Shown: in pieces, positions 29,931 to 40,083 of the stretch
Position numbering within the stretch: the stretch's first letter is position 1
Layout: each line of letters begins with the position of its first letter
Notes under the pieces: generated by a model
Databases searched by the model: none
Told to the model about the DNA's origin: nothing
What the model saw: the letters and a program-made list of their open reading frames with translations, nothing else
Position numbers and translations under genes: made by a program
Source: Candidatus Omnitrophota bacterium
GTDB lineage: Bacteria > Omnitrophota > Gorgyraeia > B26-G9
Reading direction: 5' to 3'
DNA: 64,000 bases
NCBI GenBank assembly: GCA_043805415.1
Contig: JAZDHZ010000033.1
Coordinates: forward strand, 25,600 to 89,599

Positions 29931-30806
29931 ATGAGTAAAGTGATTGTTCGGATTAAAGGTGGTCTTGGGAATCAACTTTTTTGCTACACAGCGGCGCGGC
30001 GTTTGTCATTAGTCAATAATGCGGAATTGGTTATTGATAATGTGACTGGATTTGCGCGTGATTATCTATATCGGCGGCAGTATGCATTGGATTGTTTTAA
30101 TATTAATGCCCGCAAAGCAACGCCTGCTGAACGGATGGAGCCGTTTGAGCGTTATCGTCGAGGAATAGCGAAATTTGTGGCAAAACAACTTCCTTTTCAA
30201 AAAAGACATTATCTTGAGCAGGAAGGTCTGGATTTTGATCAAAGGTTGATTGATTATCGTTTAAAGAATGGGACGCTTTATTTAGATGGGCTTTGGCAGA
30301 GTGAGAATTATTTTAAAGATGAGAAAGAGATTATATTACAGGATCTGAAAATTAATCCCCCTAAAGATAAAGATAACCTGAGCATGTCTGAGCGTATTTT
30401 GGCTAGAAATGCAGTTGCGGTACATGTGAGATTTTTTGATAGTTCAGCTGATATTGAAATCGATTATTATAAACATGCTATTAAAGAGTTGTTAAAGGAG
30501 GTTGCAAACCCTCATTTTTTTCTTTTTTCAGACAAACCTGACGCGGCTCAACAGAAGATAGGACTTCAGAAAGATCAAGTTACTTGCGTTAATCATAATG
30601 GAGAAGAAGTTAATGCGTATGCTGATTTATGGCTTATGGCTCAGTGCAAGCATTGCATAATCGCTAATAGCACTTTTAGTTGGTGGGGGGCATGGTTGAT
30701 GGAATCCATGAATCAGAAGCCTATTATTATCGCTCCTGATCGATTTCCGAGCAAAGATACTGTCCCAAATCGTTGGAGCCGTCTTAATTCTGGCGGGGAA
30801 ACTTAA
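29931..30806 (+). CDS. Alpha-1,2-fucosyltransferase (GT11)
   Basis: GGLGNQLF, GLWQSE, AVHVR, IANSTFSWWGAWL. Confidence 0.9.
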   Translation: MSKVIVRIKGGLGNQLFCYTAARRLSLVNNAELVIDNVTGFARDYLYRRQYALDCFNINARKATPAERMEPFERYRRGIAKFVAKQLPFQKRHYLEQEGLDFDQRLIDYRLKNGTLYLDGLWQSENYFKDEKEIILQDLKINPPKDKDNLSMSERILARNAVAVHVRFFDSSADIEIDYYKHAIKELLKEVANPHFFLFSDKPDAAQQKIGLQKDQVTCVNHNGEEVNAYADLWLMAQCKHCIIANSTFSWWGAWLMESMNQKPIIIAPDRFPSKDTVPNRWSRLNSGGET

Positions 30807-30826
30807 GAGCAAAGGAAAGCTGCTAA

Positions 30827-31753
30827 ATGGGTTTATTAGAATATACAAAATGTCCGTTTTGCGAATCAGGCAAATATAAACAGTTATTTTCAGGAAAAGA
30901 TTTTCTTTTTTCTAAAGAAGAATTTTCAGTTGTAAAATGTCAAGATTGCGGATTGCGATATACTAATCCGCGGGTTAAACAAGATCAGATAAAAAGTTAT
31001 TATTATACTGGATACTCTTCATATGAAAGTCCTGATTTAGGACTTAATAAAAAAAATAAAAACGTATTATATCGTTTTTTTGGAAACATTCATTTTGAAG
31101 TATTGGAATTCATTAAATCAGTCAATGCCAGAACTGTATTAGAAATCGGGCCGGGGAACGGGAGTTTGCTTTATTTTTTAAAAGATCAAGGTTTTGATGT
31201 TTGCGGGGTTGAATTGGATAGTAGTTCTGCCCAAAAGATCATGGAGCATGGTGTCAAGTGTTATTCAGGAGATTTAAATTCTGTTATAAGTGAGATGAGT
31301 GGGAAAAAGTTTGACATTGTAATCCTATGTCAGGCATTTGAACATTTATATAACCCTAAAATGACACTAACTAATATACATAAAATTCTGAATGATAATG
31401 GGGCTCTTTATCTGAGTTTGCCTAACAGCGGTTCAATGGAGGCAAGACTATTTGGAAAGTTTTGGCGGGGGTTTGATTTGCCTCGGCACATTGTACATTA
31501 TGATAAAAAAACGATTAAATCAATGCTAAATAAATCAGGATTTAGTGTTATTGCCCAGTACAATCAAAATTTCCCATCGTCTTTTGTGGAGAGTCTTGGT
31601 TTTTGCTTATTCAGGAAAAGAAAGATATCTACTAAATTGTATTATTTTTTATACTATTTATGGAAATTGATTAGTCCGATTCATTTAAGGCTAATTGGTT
31701 CAGGGGTTATGACAGTAATATCAGTTAATCAAAAGGGTTGTGAAAGAAAATGA
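30827..31753 (+). CDS. Class I SAM methyltransferase with N-terminal Zn-ribbon
   Basis: CPFC...CQDC, LEIGPGNG, FEH, PRH. Confidence 0.8.
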   Translation: MGLLEYTKCPFCESGKYKQLFSGKDFLFSKEEFSVVKCQDCGLRYTNPRVKQDQIKSYYYTGYSSYESPDLGLNKKNKNVLYRFFGNIHFEVLEFIKSVNARTVLEIGPGNGSLLYFLKDQGFDVCGVELDSSSAQKIMEHGVKCYSGDLNSVISEMSGKKFDIVILCQAFEHLYNPKMTLTNIHKILNDNGALYLSLPNSGSMEARLFGKFWRGFDLPRHIVHYDKKTIKSMLNKSGFSVIAQYNQNFPSSFVESLGFCLFRKRKISTKLYYFLYYLWKLISPIHLRLIGSGVMTVISVNQKGCERK

Positions 31754-33114
31754 AGATCTTGTTTGTGAATGCAATAGACATTTCTAAAGGGATAGAGACG
31801 GCTTATCCTCCGTTGGGACTAGCATATTTATCCGCTATTTTGAAAAATAATTTTAAGGATATTCAGATTAAAATTATTGACCGTGATGTTGAGCCAGTAA
31901 TTAAATCTTTTTGTCCTGATGCAGTAGGGGTTTCATCGGTTTCCCAAAATTATGGGAGAGCTATTGAAGTGGGGAGATTGTGTAAATCATTGCAAATCCC
32001 CGTGTTTATCGGCGGGGTGCATATCACGTTACTTCCGGAATCTTTGTCAGCGGAATTTGATTTCGGGGTGTATGGAGAGGCTGAAGAGACAATTATTGAT
32101 ATTATTAAGTATTTTAAAAAAAGTATCCCATTAGATTGCATAGGATTGGCTGATATTAAAGGGCTTATTCTACATGCGCAGGATGGAGTAAAATTAACTG
32201 CCCCAAGACCTCTTATTGAGAATCTTAATTCGATCCCTTTTCCAGCTAGAGATTTATTGAGTATTCCCATAGGACAGAGTACATATATGTTTACTTCCAG
32301 AGGATGTCCTTATAAATGTGCTTTTTGTGCTTCTACGAGATTCTGGAATAATGTTAGATGGTTCTCGGCTGAATATGTTGTGAATGAAATAGAAGAAATA
32401 ATAAGGAAATATAAGCCGTTTGCCATATCTTTTTATGATGACCTTTTTATTGCCAATACCAAGAGACTTGAGAAAATCATTGACCTACTGTGTGCTAAAG
32501 GTATAAATAAAAAAGTTAAATTTAGTTTTGCTTGTCGGGCTAATCTTGTTAATGAGAAATTGATTAAAATTTTAAAACCTTTGGATATTCAGATGATTTG
32601 TATGGGATTGGAATCCGGTTGTCAAAAGACATTGAGCTATTTGAAGGGAAGTGCAATTACGATTGAGCAAAATAAAAAAGCCATAAATATTTTCGCAGAT
32701 GCTAAGATCAATATTCAGGCCACGTTCATTATTGGGTCTCCTGAAGAAACTGAGGACGAAATATTGCAGACATTGCAGTTTATTAAGGACAGTAAACTTA
32801 CCAATTTTGAGGTGTACCTGCTGAGCCCTTTTCCCGGGACTCCGGTTTGGGAAACTGCTAAATCAATGGGATTGGTTTCCAATCAAATGGATTGGGCAAA
32901 ATTAGCAGTAGATTCTCAAAATTGCTTTGACAACAGGATAATACTGTCTAAGATAAGTAAGACCAGGCTTTCTGAGTTATACGGACTTTTTTCTCATGAA
33001 AAGAAAAGAAGGAAAATACTTTATATACTTAAAATGGGAATTTGTAATCCATTATGGGTGCTAACAAAAGCACGCGCTGTTATTTTAAATGTTTTACAAG
33101 GTAAAGATAGTTAA
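31750..33114 (+). CDS. B12-binding radical SAM protein
   Basis: PPLGLAYL, GGVHIT, GEAE, TSRGCPYKCAFC, GLESG, PFPGT. Confidence 0.9.
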   Translation: MKILFVNAIDISKGIETAYPPLGLAYLSAILKNNFKDIQIKIIDRDVEPVIKSFCPDAVGVSSVSQNYGRAIEVGRLCKSLQIPVFIGGVHITLLPESLSAEFDFGVYGEAEETIIDIIKYFKKSIPLDCIGLADIKGLILHAQDGVKLTAPRPLIENLNSIPFPARDLLSIPIGQSTYMFTSRGCPYKCAFCASTRFWNNVRWFSAEYVVNEIEEIIRKYKPFAISFYDDLFIANTKRLEKIIDLLCAKGINKKVKFSFACRANLVNEKLIKILKPLDIQMICMGLESGCQKTLSYLKGSAITIEQNKKAINIFADAKINIQATFIIGSPEETEDEILQTLQFIKDSKLTNFEVYLLSPFPGTPVWETAKSMGLVSNQMDWAKLAVDSQNCFDNRIILSKISKTRLSELYGLFSHEKKRRKILYILKMGICNPLWVLTKARAVILNVLQGKDS

Positions 33115-33131
33115 TAATTATGAATTACAAA

Positions 33132-33160
33132 TTGAAATGCAATGTTCAGTATAGTATAAT
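33132..33160 (+). promoter_or_regulatory. Internal sigma70-like promoter
   Basis: TTGAAA, 17 bp spacer, TATAAT in the intergenic gap. Confidence 0.5.
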
Positions 33161-33256
33161 GATGTTAATTCTTTTGGCCCAAGGGAATAGGAACATTAAT
33201 GAACTGGAAATAAATCAGTTGTGCAATGTATAACCTGTAAATAAGAGTAGGTAATA

Positions 33257-34267
33257 ATGAAAGTATTGATTTATGGAGAAGCTTATGGATATGCTTTAGC
33301 TCCTCAAATAAAAAGATCGTTTGTGCAATTAGGTTGTGATGCCGAAATTTTTAATTGGACAATGTATCTCTATACTGAGAGAGGAATTAACTTAAAAAAT
33401 CGAGTCTTCAATAGAATTATGCTAAAGTCAATTGCTGCGAAGATAAACCGCGATTTTATAAATGTTGTAAAAAAAAATAAATATGATCTTGTTCTAGTCA
33501 ATAATGGGTGGCATCTTACTGGAGATACCATTGATGCTGTTAAGAAATATGCAAAAAAAGTCGTGAATTGGAGTACTGATGAGCTTTTTAATAAGGTATT
33601 TGCTCGATTTATTCACGTTGAATCTTATTCGAAGTATGATTGTATCTTTTCGCAAAGGAAACATCTCTTTGATTCCTATCTCACTAAGGGTATAAAAAGG
33701 GTTGAGTTTTTGCCTTTATTTTATTATCCAGAACATCATCCTGTTGTTGTTTCGGAAAAAGATAAACTTTTATGGGGTAGCGATATAGCCTTCATGGGAA
33801 CATGGAACAAAGAGAGAGAAAAAATTATTGAGGCTTTAACTGGGTATAATGTTAAAATTTGGGGTGCCCAATGGAACAGGAGTAAACCAAGTTTTAAGAA
33901 GAAGTTTGAAATTACTAATAAAATCGCATGGTTAGAAGATATGTCAAAAGTTGTGAGTTCTACCAAAATAATTGTTGATAATCTAACTAAGGGGCAAACT
34001 GATAAAGTAAATATGAAGAATTATCAGATACCTGCTTGCGGTGGAGTTCTTTTAACTCAAAGGACTGATGTTATACAGGAATTATTTGAAGAGAACAAAG
34101 AAGTTATTTGCTATGATTCGCTTGAGGAATTGAGGGAAAAATGCGAGTATTATTTGAAGAATGAAGCCGCAAGAAACTCAATAGCGGTTAATGGATATAA
34201 AAAAGTTGTAAGTGCTCCTAACACAATATTAGATAGAATTAAAGATATATTACAGGTCTGCAGCTGA
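33257..34267 (+). CDS. CgeB/DUF3880-like glycosyltransferase (GT-B)
   Basis: DIAFMGT, IWG, NMKNYQIPACGG, EELREK. Confidence 0.75.
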   Translation: MKVLIYGEAYGYALAPQIKRSFVQLGCDAEIFNWTMYLYTERGINLKNRVFNRIMLKSIAAKINRDFINVVKKNKYDLVLVNNGWHLTGDTIDAVKKYAKKVVNWSTDELFNKVFARFIHVESYSKYDCIFSQRKHLFDSYLTKGIKRVEFLPLFYYPEHHPVVVSEKDKLLWGSDIAFMGTWNKEREKIIEALTGYNVKIWGAQWNRSKPSFKKKFEITNKIAWLEDMSKVVSSTKIIVDNLTKGQTDKVNMKNYQIPACGGVLLTQRTDVIQELFEENKEVICYDSLEELREKCEYYLKNEAARNSIAVNGYKKVVSAPNTILDRIKDILQVCS

Positions 34268-34297
34268 TAGTTTGAAAGAAAGTAAGGGAGTGATAAT

Positions 34298-35239
34298 ATG
34301 AAATCAAAACTGATTTTTGTTACGGGTGGACTAGGTTTTATCGGAAAACATTTTGTTCAACGTTGTTTGGATATAGGGCATTTTATAACCAACGTTGATA
34401 TGGTCAATTATGCTGCTGACCGGATAGCGAATGATAAGTTTAAGAATCATAAAAATTATAGACATATTCAGGAGGACATTGCTAATCTGAGTCATCTTCC
34501 TGAGAGTGATTTTTTGGTGAATTTTGCTGCGGAATCACATGTGGATAATTCTATCGCCAATAATCGGCAGTTTTGTCATTCTAATATTATTGGTGTTCAA
34601 CGTTTACTTGAATTGACAAGAGCAAAAACTGCTTCCGGGTCACCACATTTTATCCAAATAAGCACTGATGAGGTTTATGGCGATATTATGAATGGAAGAC
34701 ATAGCGAATCAGATCCGCTACGGCCTTCGAATCCTTACTCGGCAACTAAGGCCGCAGCCGATATGCTTGTAATCGGATGGGCGCGGACATATGGAGTTAG
34801 GTATAATATTGTCAGAATGACGAATAATTATGGACCGAATCAATATCCGGAGAAGCTTATTCCAAAATCGGCATGGCGAATGCATCGGGGCTTGCCTGCG
34901 TTGATTCAAGGCGATGGTAGCTATATCCGGTCTTGGTTACATGTTAATGATTCAGTAGAAGCTATTTTAACTATAATCGAGAAAGGGAAATCTAATGTAA
35001 TTTATAATGTACATAGTGACTACGAATTGTCAAATCTTGAAGTGGTTAATAAAATCGCTGCCATTCTTGGAGTATCAAAGAAAGATGCATACATTCATAT
35101 TCCTAACAGGGTAGGGCAGGATGTTCGCTATAGTCTTGACGATACGCTCATTCGAGAGTTGGGATGGAAACCGTTGCGCGATTTTGATACAGAGATTAAG
35201 AAGATCGTCGAAGAAGACGATTTCAAGCGGTTTATTTAG
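34298..35239 (+). CDS. rfbB: dTDP-glucose 4,6-dehydratase-like
   Basis: GGLGFIG, FAAESHVD, ISTDEVYG, PYSATKA, NNYGPNQYPEK. Confidence 0.8.
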   Translation: MKSKLIFVTGGLGFIGKHFVQRCLDIGHFITNVDMVNYAADRIANDKFKNHKNYRHIQEDIANLSHLPESDFLVNFAAESHVDNSIANNRQFCHSNIIGVQRLLELTRAKTASGSPHFIQISTDEVYGDIMNGRHSESDPLRPSNPYSATKAAADMLVIGWARTYGVRYNIVRMTNNYGPNQYPEKLIPKSAWRMHRGLPALIQGDGSYIRSWLHVNDSVEAILTIIEKGKSNVIYNVHSDYELSNLEVVNKIAAILGVSKKDAYIHIPNRVGQDVRYSLDDTLIRELGWKPLRDFDTEIKKIVEEDDFKRFI

Positions 35240-35303
35240 GTTTTTTTGCACTAGTTTAATTAACTATTAACGTAATATTCAATTATTTTCGGAGGGAAAA
35301 AGC

Positions 35304-35705
35304 ATGAAGAAAGATAGTTTAGTGAATGGGGCCATTGTCCCTTTGGATAAACCATTTAAAGATGCAAGGGGGGATATCCAGACGTTGGTTGTTGGCGGTA
35401 TACAGAGTGTTCAGATTATTACATCAAAGGCGAATACAGTTAGGGCTAATCATTATCATAAAACTGATTCCCATTACATGTATTTAATTAAGGGAGTAAT
35501 GAAATATTTCCACAGACCTGCTGGTGATAAAACCGAACCAGCATGTTTTATTATTAAACCAGGGCAGATGGTTTTTACTCCTCCCATGGTAGAACATGCT
35601 GTAGAATTCCTCGAAGACTCTGAATTTATTAATATAACTGGTAAGCCACGAGATCAAGGATCATACGAAGACGATCTTGTCCGTGTTGAACTCCACAAGC
35701 TTTAA
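35304..35705 (+). CDS. Cupin-fold NDP-sugar isomerase/epimerase (WxcM/RmlC-like)
   Basis: DARG, RANHYH, EHA. Confidence 0.65.
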   Translation: MKKDSLVNGAIVPLDKPFKDARGDIQTLVVGGIQSVQIITSKANTVRANHYHKTDSHYMYLIKGVMKYFHRPAGDKTEPACFIIKPGQMVFTPPMVEHAVEFLEDSEFINITGKPRDQGSYEDDLVRVELHKL

Positions 35706-35723
35706 ATAAAAAGGAATAGTATA

Positions 35724-36974
35724 ATGATGCTGCCTTATCATCACAAGCGAATGGATTGCCGCTTATGCTCTTCTAACGCGCTGGAACGGGTTTTAGAGCT
35801 TACTCCTACGCCTCCGGCTAATGCATTGGTTTCTGCCGCAGAAAAATATAAAGAGCAGACAGTTTATCCTTTAGATGTTTATAGGTGTGTAGACTGTGGT
35901 CATTTACAATTGCTTGACATTGTTGACCCTAAAATTTTGTTTTCTGATTACCCCTATGTGTCAAGTACTTCTCATGTAATGGTTGATTTTCTTAAAAGTC
36001 AATCTACGTCTATTATAAGCCGATTAAAACTTAAACCAGGAGATTTGGTGGTTGAATTTGGCTCCAATGACGGAACGTTGCTTCGTTTCTTTAAAGAGGC
36101 TGGGATGCGTGTTCTTGGAGTAGATCCTGCAGTTAATGTGGCTCCTGAGATAAATGATATTGAAAATATCCGCGATTTTTTTAGCGCAGAATTGGGCAAA
36201 AAGATACGTGAACAATATGGTCCAGCAAAAGCGATTTGTGCTTACAATGTTTGTGCTCATATTGATGACCTCCGTGGAGTTATTGAGGGAGTACGCTCAT
36301 TGTTAGCGCAGGATGGGCAGTTTGTTTTTGAAGTTGGTTACTTGCTAGATGTTTACCGCAAAACATTATTTGATACTATTTATCATGAGCATCTTGATTT
36401 TCACCATGTGGAATCATTAAAGAGATTCTTTTTTTCTAACGAGCTGAAACTTTTACATGTCGAGCATTCCGACATTCAGGGCGGAGCCTTAGTGGGTTAT
36501 GTGGGTGATTCAATTGGATTGGAAGATATCACAGTTGAGGAATTTATAAATAGGGAGCATGTTGAGGGTATTCATCTCGTAGATACTTTTTTACACTGGG
36601 GAGATATGATCAAGCAGACCGGAGAAAAACTAATGATGTTGTTGCTTGACCTTAAAGCAAAAGGCCAATCTATTGCTGCCTATGGAGCTACTGCGAAGGC
36701 AACGACACTGATGTATCACTTTGGCTTAAATAGCTCTGTTATTGATTATATTGTTGATGATAATCCTCTAAAACAGGGGTTGTTTAGTCCTGGATTGCAT
36801 ATCCCTATTTTATCTCCGGAAGTACTTTATCAAGAAAAACCTGACTATGTGTTGGTACTTGCTTGGAATTTTGCTGAGCCGATTATAGCTAAACACCGAT
36901 TTTATGCCGGAGATGATAGCCGATTTATTATACCGCTTCCAGTATTAACTGTTATTAAAAAAGGTAATGGGTAA
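35724..36974 (+). CDS. NDP-hexose C-methyltransferase
   Basis: CRLC/CVDC Zn site, EFGSNDG, FDTIYHEH, YGATAKA, DDNPLKQG, LAWNF. Confidence 0.88.
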   Translation: MMLPYHHKRMDCRLCSSNALERVLELTPTPPANALVSAAEKYKEQTVYPLDVYRCVDCGHLQLLDIVDPKILFSDYPYVSSTSHVMVDFLKSQSTSIISRLKLKPGDLVVEFGSNDGTLLRFFKEAGMRVLGVDPAVNVAPEINDIENIRDFFSAELGKKIREQYGPAKAICAYNVCAHIDDLRGVIEGVRSLLAQDGQFVFEVGYLLDVYRKTLFDTIYHEHLDFHHVESLKRFFFSNELKLLHVEHSDIQGGALVGYVGDSIGLEDITVEEFINREHVEGIHLVDTFLHWGDMIKQTGEKLMMLLLDLKAKGQSIAAYGATAKATTLMYHFGLNSSVIDYIVDDNPLKQGLFSPGLHIPILSPEVLYQEKPDYVLVLAWNFAEPIIAKHRFYAGDDSRFIIPLPVLTVIKKGNG

Positions 36975-37891
36975 TGCGAATTGGTTTAATCGGTGCCGGC
37001 CGTTGGGGTAAACGTTATATTGAGACACTGAGCAGGATTCCTGGCATTGAACTTACTCACTTGGCTAGCAAAAATCCAGATAGCAGTTTACTTGTTTCCT
37101 CTGCTTGTAAAATAATTACACATTGGCAAGATCTTTTAAAAGAGCGTTTGGACGGTATTATAATAGCTACGCCACCACAAACCCATTTTGAAATAGCGTC
37201 AGCAGCGATAATAGCAGGAATCCCTATTTTAATAGAAAAGCCTATGACGCTTTCTCTATTGGAAGCGAGAAAGCTTGTTCAAGCAGCCACTGATTATGGT
37301 GTTTTAACAATGGTTGGGCATACTCATTTATTTAGTGCTGCTTTTAGGAAGCTTAAAATTATAAGTCAGCGAATGGGTAAATTAAAGCATATTATTTCTT
37401 TAGGAGGTAACTGGGGGCCGTTTAGAATTGATACTCCGCCGCTTTGGGATTGGGCGCCGCATGACATTGCAATGAGTCTTGAACTTACAGGTAACTATCC
37501 TTTACATATTGAGGCGAAACGTATTGAATTTATAGAACAGTCTCAGGGAATTGGAGAAACTGTTAATATTATGCTTAGTTTTGATTCCGGCTCCTACGCC
37601 GATATACAGGTAAGTAACATTCAGAAAAATAAAACAAGGTTTTTTGAGGCGGTGTATGAAAATGGGTCATTAGTTTATGATGATCTTGCTGATAATAAAC
37701 TTGTTCTCAGCGTTTCTTCAGAGGCAGTCCCTACACCTATTATTCTTGATAAATCTCTGTCGCTTACTAATCTTGTGTATGAGTTTTCTCACGCTATCTC
37801 TGCAGGCAATAGATATGACAGGAGTCTGCACCTTGGTTTGCAGGTGGTTGAAGTCCTTGATGAATGTCAAAGAAGGCTAACCGGGAAATAA
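36974..37891 (+). CDS. Gfo/Idh/MocA oxidoreductase
   Basis: GAGRWG, ATPP, IEKP, APHD. Confidence 0.85.
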   Translation: MRIGLIGAGRWGKRYIETLSRIPGIELTHLASKNPDSSLLVSSACKIITHWQDLLKERLDGIIIATPPQTHFEIASAAIIAGIPILIEKPMTLSLLEARKLVQAATDYGVLTMVGHTHLFSAAFRKLKIISQRMGKLKHIISLGGNWGPFRIDTPPLWDWAPHDIAMSLELTGNYPLHIEAKRIEFIEQSQGIGETVNIMLSFDSGSYADIQVSNIQKNKTRFFEAVYENGSLVYDDLADNKLVLSVSSEAVPTPIILDKSLSLTNLVYEFSHAISAGNRYDRSLHLGLQVVEVLDECQRRLTGK

Positions 37892-37893
37892 TA

Positions 37894-38820
37894 ATGGACA
37901 GGGATATCATAGTTAAACCTAAAGTTTGTGTAATAATACCCAATAAAGATGGATTATCCCATCTGAAATATTCTTTACCATTACTAATGGGGACAAGCTA
38001 CGCAAATTATTGCTGTATCCTGGTAGATAATAACTCCAGAGATGAGTCGATTTCTTTTGTCAGAAATAATTATCCGGTTATTCAAATACTTGAAAATAAG
38101 CTTAAAAAAGGTTTTGCCAGTACTGTAAATATAGGGATAAAGCATGCTTTGGCGCAAAATGCTGAGTATATCGCGATTTTTAACAGCGATATAAAAGTGT
38201 TACCTCAATGGATAGATGTGGCTATGGATATTTTTAAAACACGAAAGAATGTAGGATTAGTCGGCTATACTGAAATATTAAAAGAAAATGAAAGTCTTTA
38301 CTATTCTGATCAAAAAACAGAAGTATCTTATCGGAAAGTAAAAAGGCTGTCCGGTTGTTTGTATCTTTGCCCTTCCACGGTTTTTAGACAAATAGGGTTT
38401 TTTGATGAAAAATATTTTATGTATGGCGAAGATAATGATTTTTTTTCCAGGTTAATACAGGCGGGATATGTGATTTTAGAGACAAATATCCCAGTGTGGC
38501 ATTATGGAGAAGGAGCTTCTCAGGGGAGAAGCTTTAAAATGACATGGCTGGCTTATCGTAATGCCATAAGGTATTCGCTTAAAAATGATAATTTTTTTGG
38601 TATTGTTAAAATGTTGCTATCGCTTTTAAATCAAGGGTGCAATCCTTTTATGCTTCGGAAGGTGAGTGATGCGTCTTCAAGAAGGATCAGACGGTATAAT
38701 CCGGTTGTAAATTTCCTGCTTATTTTAGCAAGCTGCGCGTGGAATTTATTAAATATAGTTCAAACTATTCAGGCAAGGCATAATTGTAGGCAGTTGATTA
38801 AGAAAATTAAACTTAATTAA
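37894..38820 (+). CDS. Glycosyltransferase family 2
   Basis: VIIPN, VDNNS, NSD, FDEKYFMYGED. Confidence 0.85.
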   Translation: MDRDIIVKPKVCVIIPNKDGLSHLKYSLPLLMGTSYANYCCILVDNNSRDESISFVRNNYPVIQILENKLKKGFASTVNIGIKHALAQNAEYIAIFNSDIKVLPQWIDVAMDIFKTRKNVGLVGYTEILKENESLYYSDQKTEVSYRKVKRLSGCLYLCPSTVFRQIGFFDEKYFMYGEDNDFFSRLIQAGYVILETNIPVWHYGEGASQGRSFKMTWLAYRNAIRYSLKNDNFFGIVKMLLSLLNQGCNPFMLRKVSDASSRRIRRYNPVVNFLLILASCAWNLLNIVQTIQARHNCRQLIKKIKLN

Positions 38821-38940
38821 TGTTTTAATTGAGCAGGGCATAAAAATAGTTTTAATTAGTCTGATAAAGATTTAGCTTCATCTTTGTTTTGCAATGAAAA
38901 TGAATGAAACTTAGAATTTTCTTAAAAAAGGTGTAATAGG

Positions 38941-40074
38941 ATGAAAGTTGCAATTCTAAATATTACTAATGGCGGAATAAGCGGCGGTTATAAAAAATAT
39001 CTTTTAAATATTATTCCTTGTTTAGCAGTTAATAGTAATATTAAATCATTACTATGCGTATCCCCAAGTTCTTTACATGTTGATACCTGGTTTAAATCAA
39101 TGCCCAAGGTGGAATTTGTAGATTGTTCTCCCCATGATTTTATTCAATATGGATTAGGCCGGACGTTAAAAGAAAAATTAAAACAATTTTCACCGGATTT
39201 AATTTTTGTTCCGGTTGCGAGAAGTTTTAGTTTTGAAGGTGTGCCTACTTTAAATATGATGCAGAACATATTTCCGTTTTTGCGCAATAAAGTTCAGGGT
39301 TTATCTTTTAGAGATAGGATTGTTTTTGCTCTGCAATATTTTGCATCAATAAGGGCTTTTAAGCAGGCTAAAAGAATAATCGTTACTTCAAATTTTGCTA
39401 AAGATTATTTAATAAATAACTTAGGCATTCCTTTGGATAAAATCTCATTAATATACTTTGGTAAGGATGCATATATTCAGAATAGTAGTAGACCGAACAG
39501 TATCCCTTTTGGCTTGGAGAAAAAGTTTTTGTTTACCGCGGGTTCTTTAGAATCATACCGCGGGGTTGAAGATATCATTGAAGCTGCGATATGTTTAAAG
39601 AATGATTTTCCTGATTTAAAGCTTGTAATTGCCGGTAAAGCAAGACCCGCAATGCAAGGATATCACAATAGACTATTAAGATTATGTGAGTCTTATGACT
39701 TGGCTGTTAACATTATTTGGGCAGGACAATTGAACCAGGTTGAGCTTGCCTGGTGTTATCAGAATTGCGCAGTGTTTATAATGACTACTCGAATGGAAAC
39801 ATTTGGAATGATAGCTCTTGAGGCAATGACTAATGGTTGTTTGTGTATCGCAGCGGATAATCCTCCATTACCAGAGATTTTCTTGGATTCTGCGTATTAC
39901 TATCCACCTAAGGATTATCGTGTTTTGGCAGATATAATTAAAAAGGTTTTAGTTTTAGATGATAAAACAAAGCTGGAGATAAAGAATAAAGCTAAAACCC
40001 GTGCTGATTATTTTACGTGGGATAAAGCTGCCGAAGGTTTGATAAAAGAATTTAAAGCGGTCATAAAAGGCTAG
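38941..40074 (+). CDS. Glycosyltransferase family 4
   Basis: ETFGMIALEAM. Confidence 0.85.
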   Translation: MKVAILNITNGGISGGYKKYLLNIIPCLAVNSNIKSLLCVSPSSLHVDTWFKSMPKVEFVDCSPHDFIQYGLGRTLKEKLKQFSPDLIFVPVARSFSFEGVPTLNMMQNIFPFLRNKVQGLSFRDRIVFALQYFASIRAFKQAKRIIVTSNFAKDYLINNLGIPLDKISLIYFGKDAYIQNSSRPNSIPFGLEKKFLFTAGSLESYRGVEDIIEAAICLKNDFPDLKLVIAGKARPAMQGYHNRLLRLCESYDLAVNIIWAGQLNQVELAWCYQNCAVFIMTTRMETFGMIALEAMTNGCLCIAADNPPLPEIFLDSAYYYPPKDYRVLADIIKKVLVLDDKTKLEIKNKAKTRADYFTWDKAAEGLIKEFKAVIKG

Positions 40075-40083
40075 GAAAATAAA

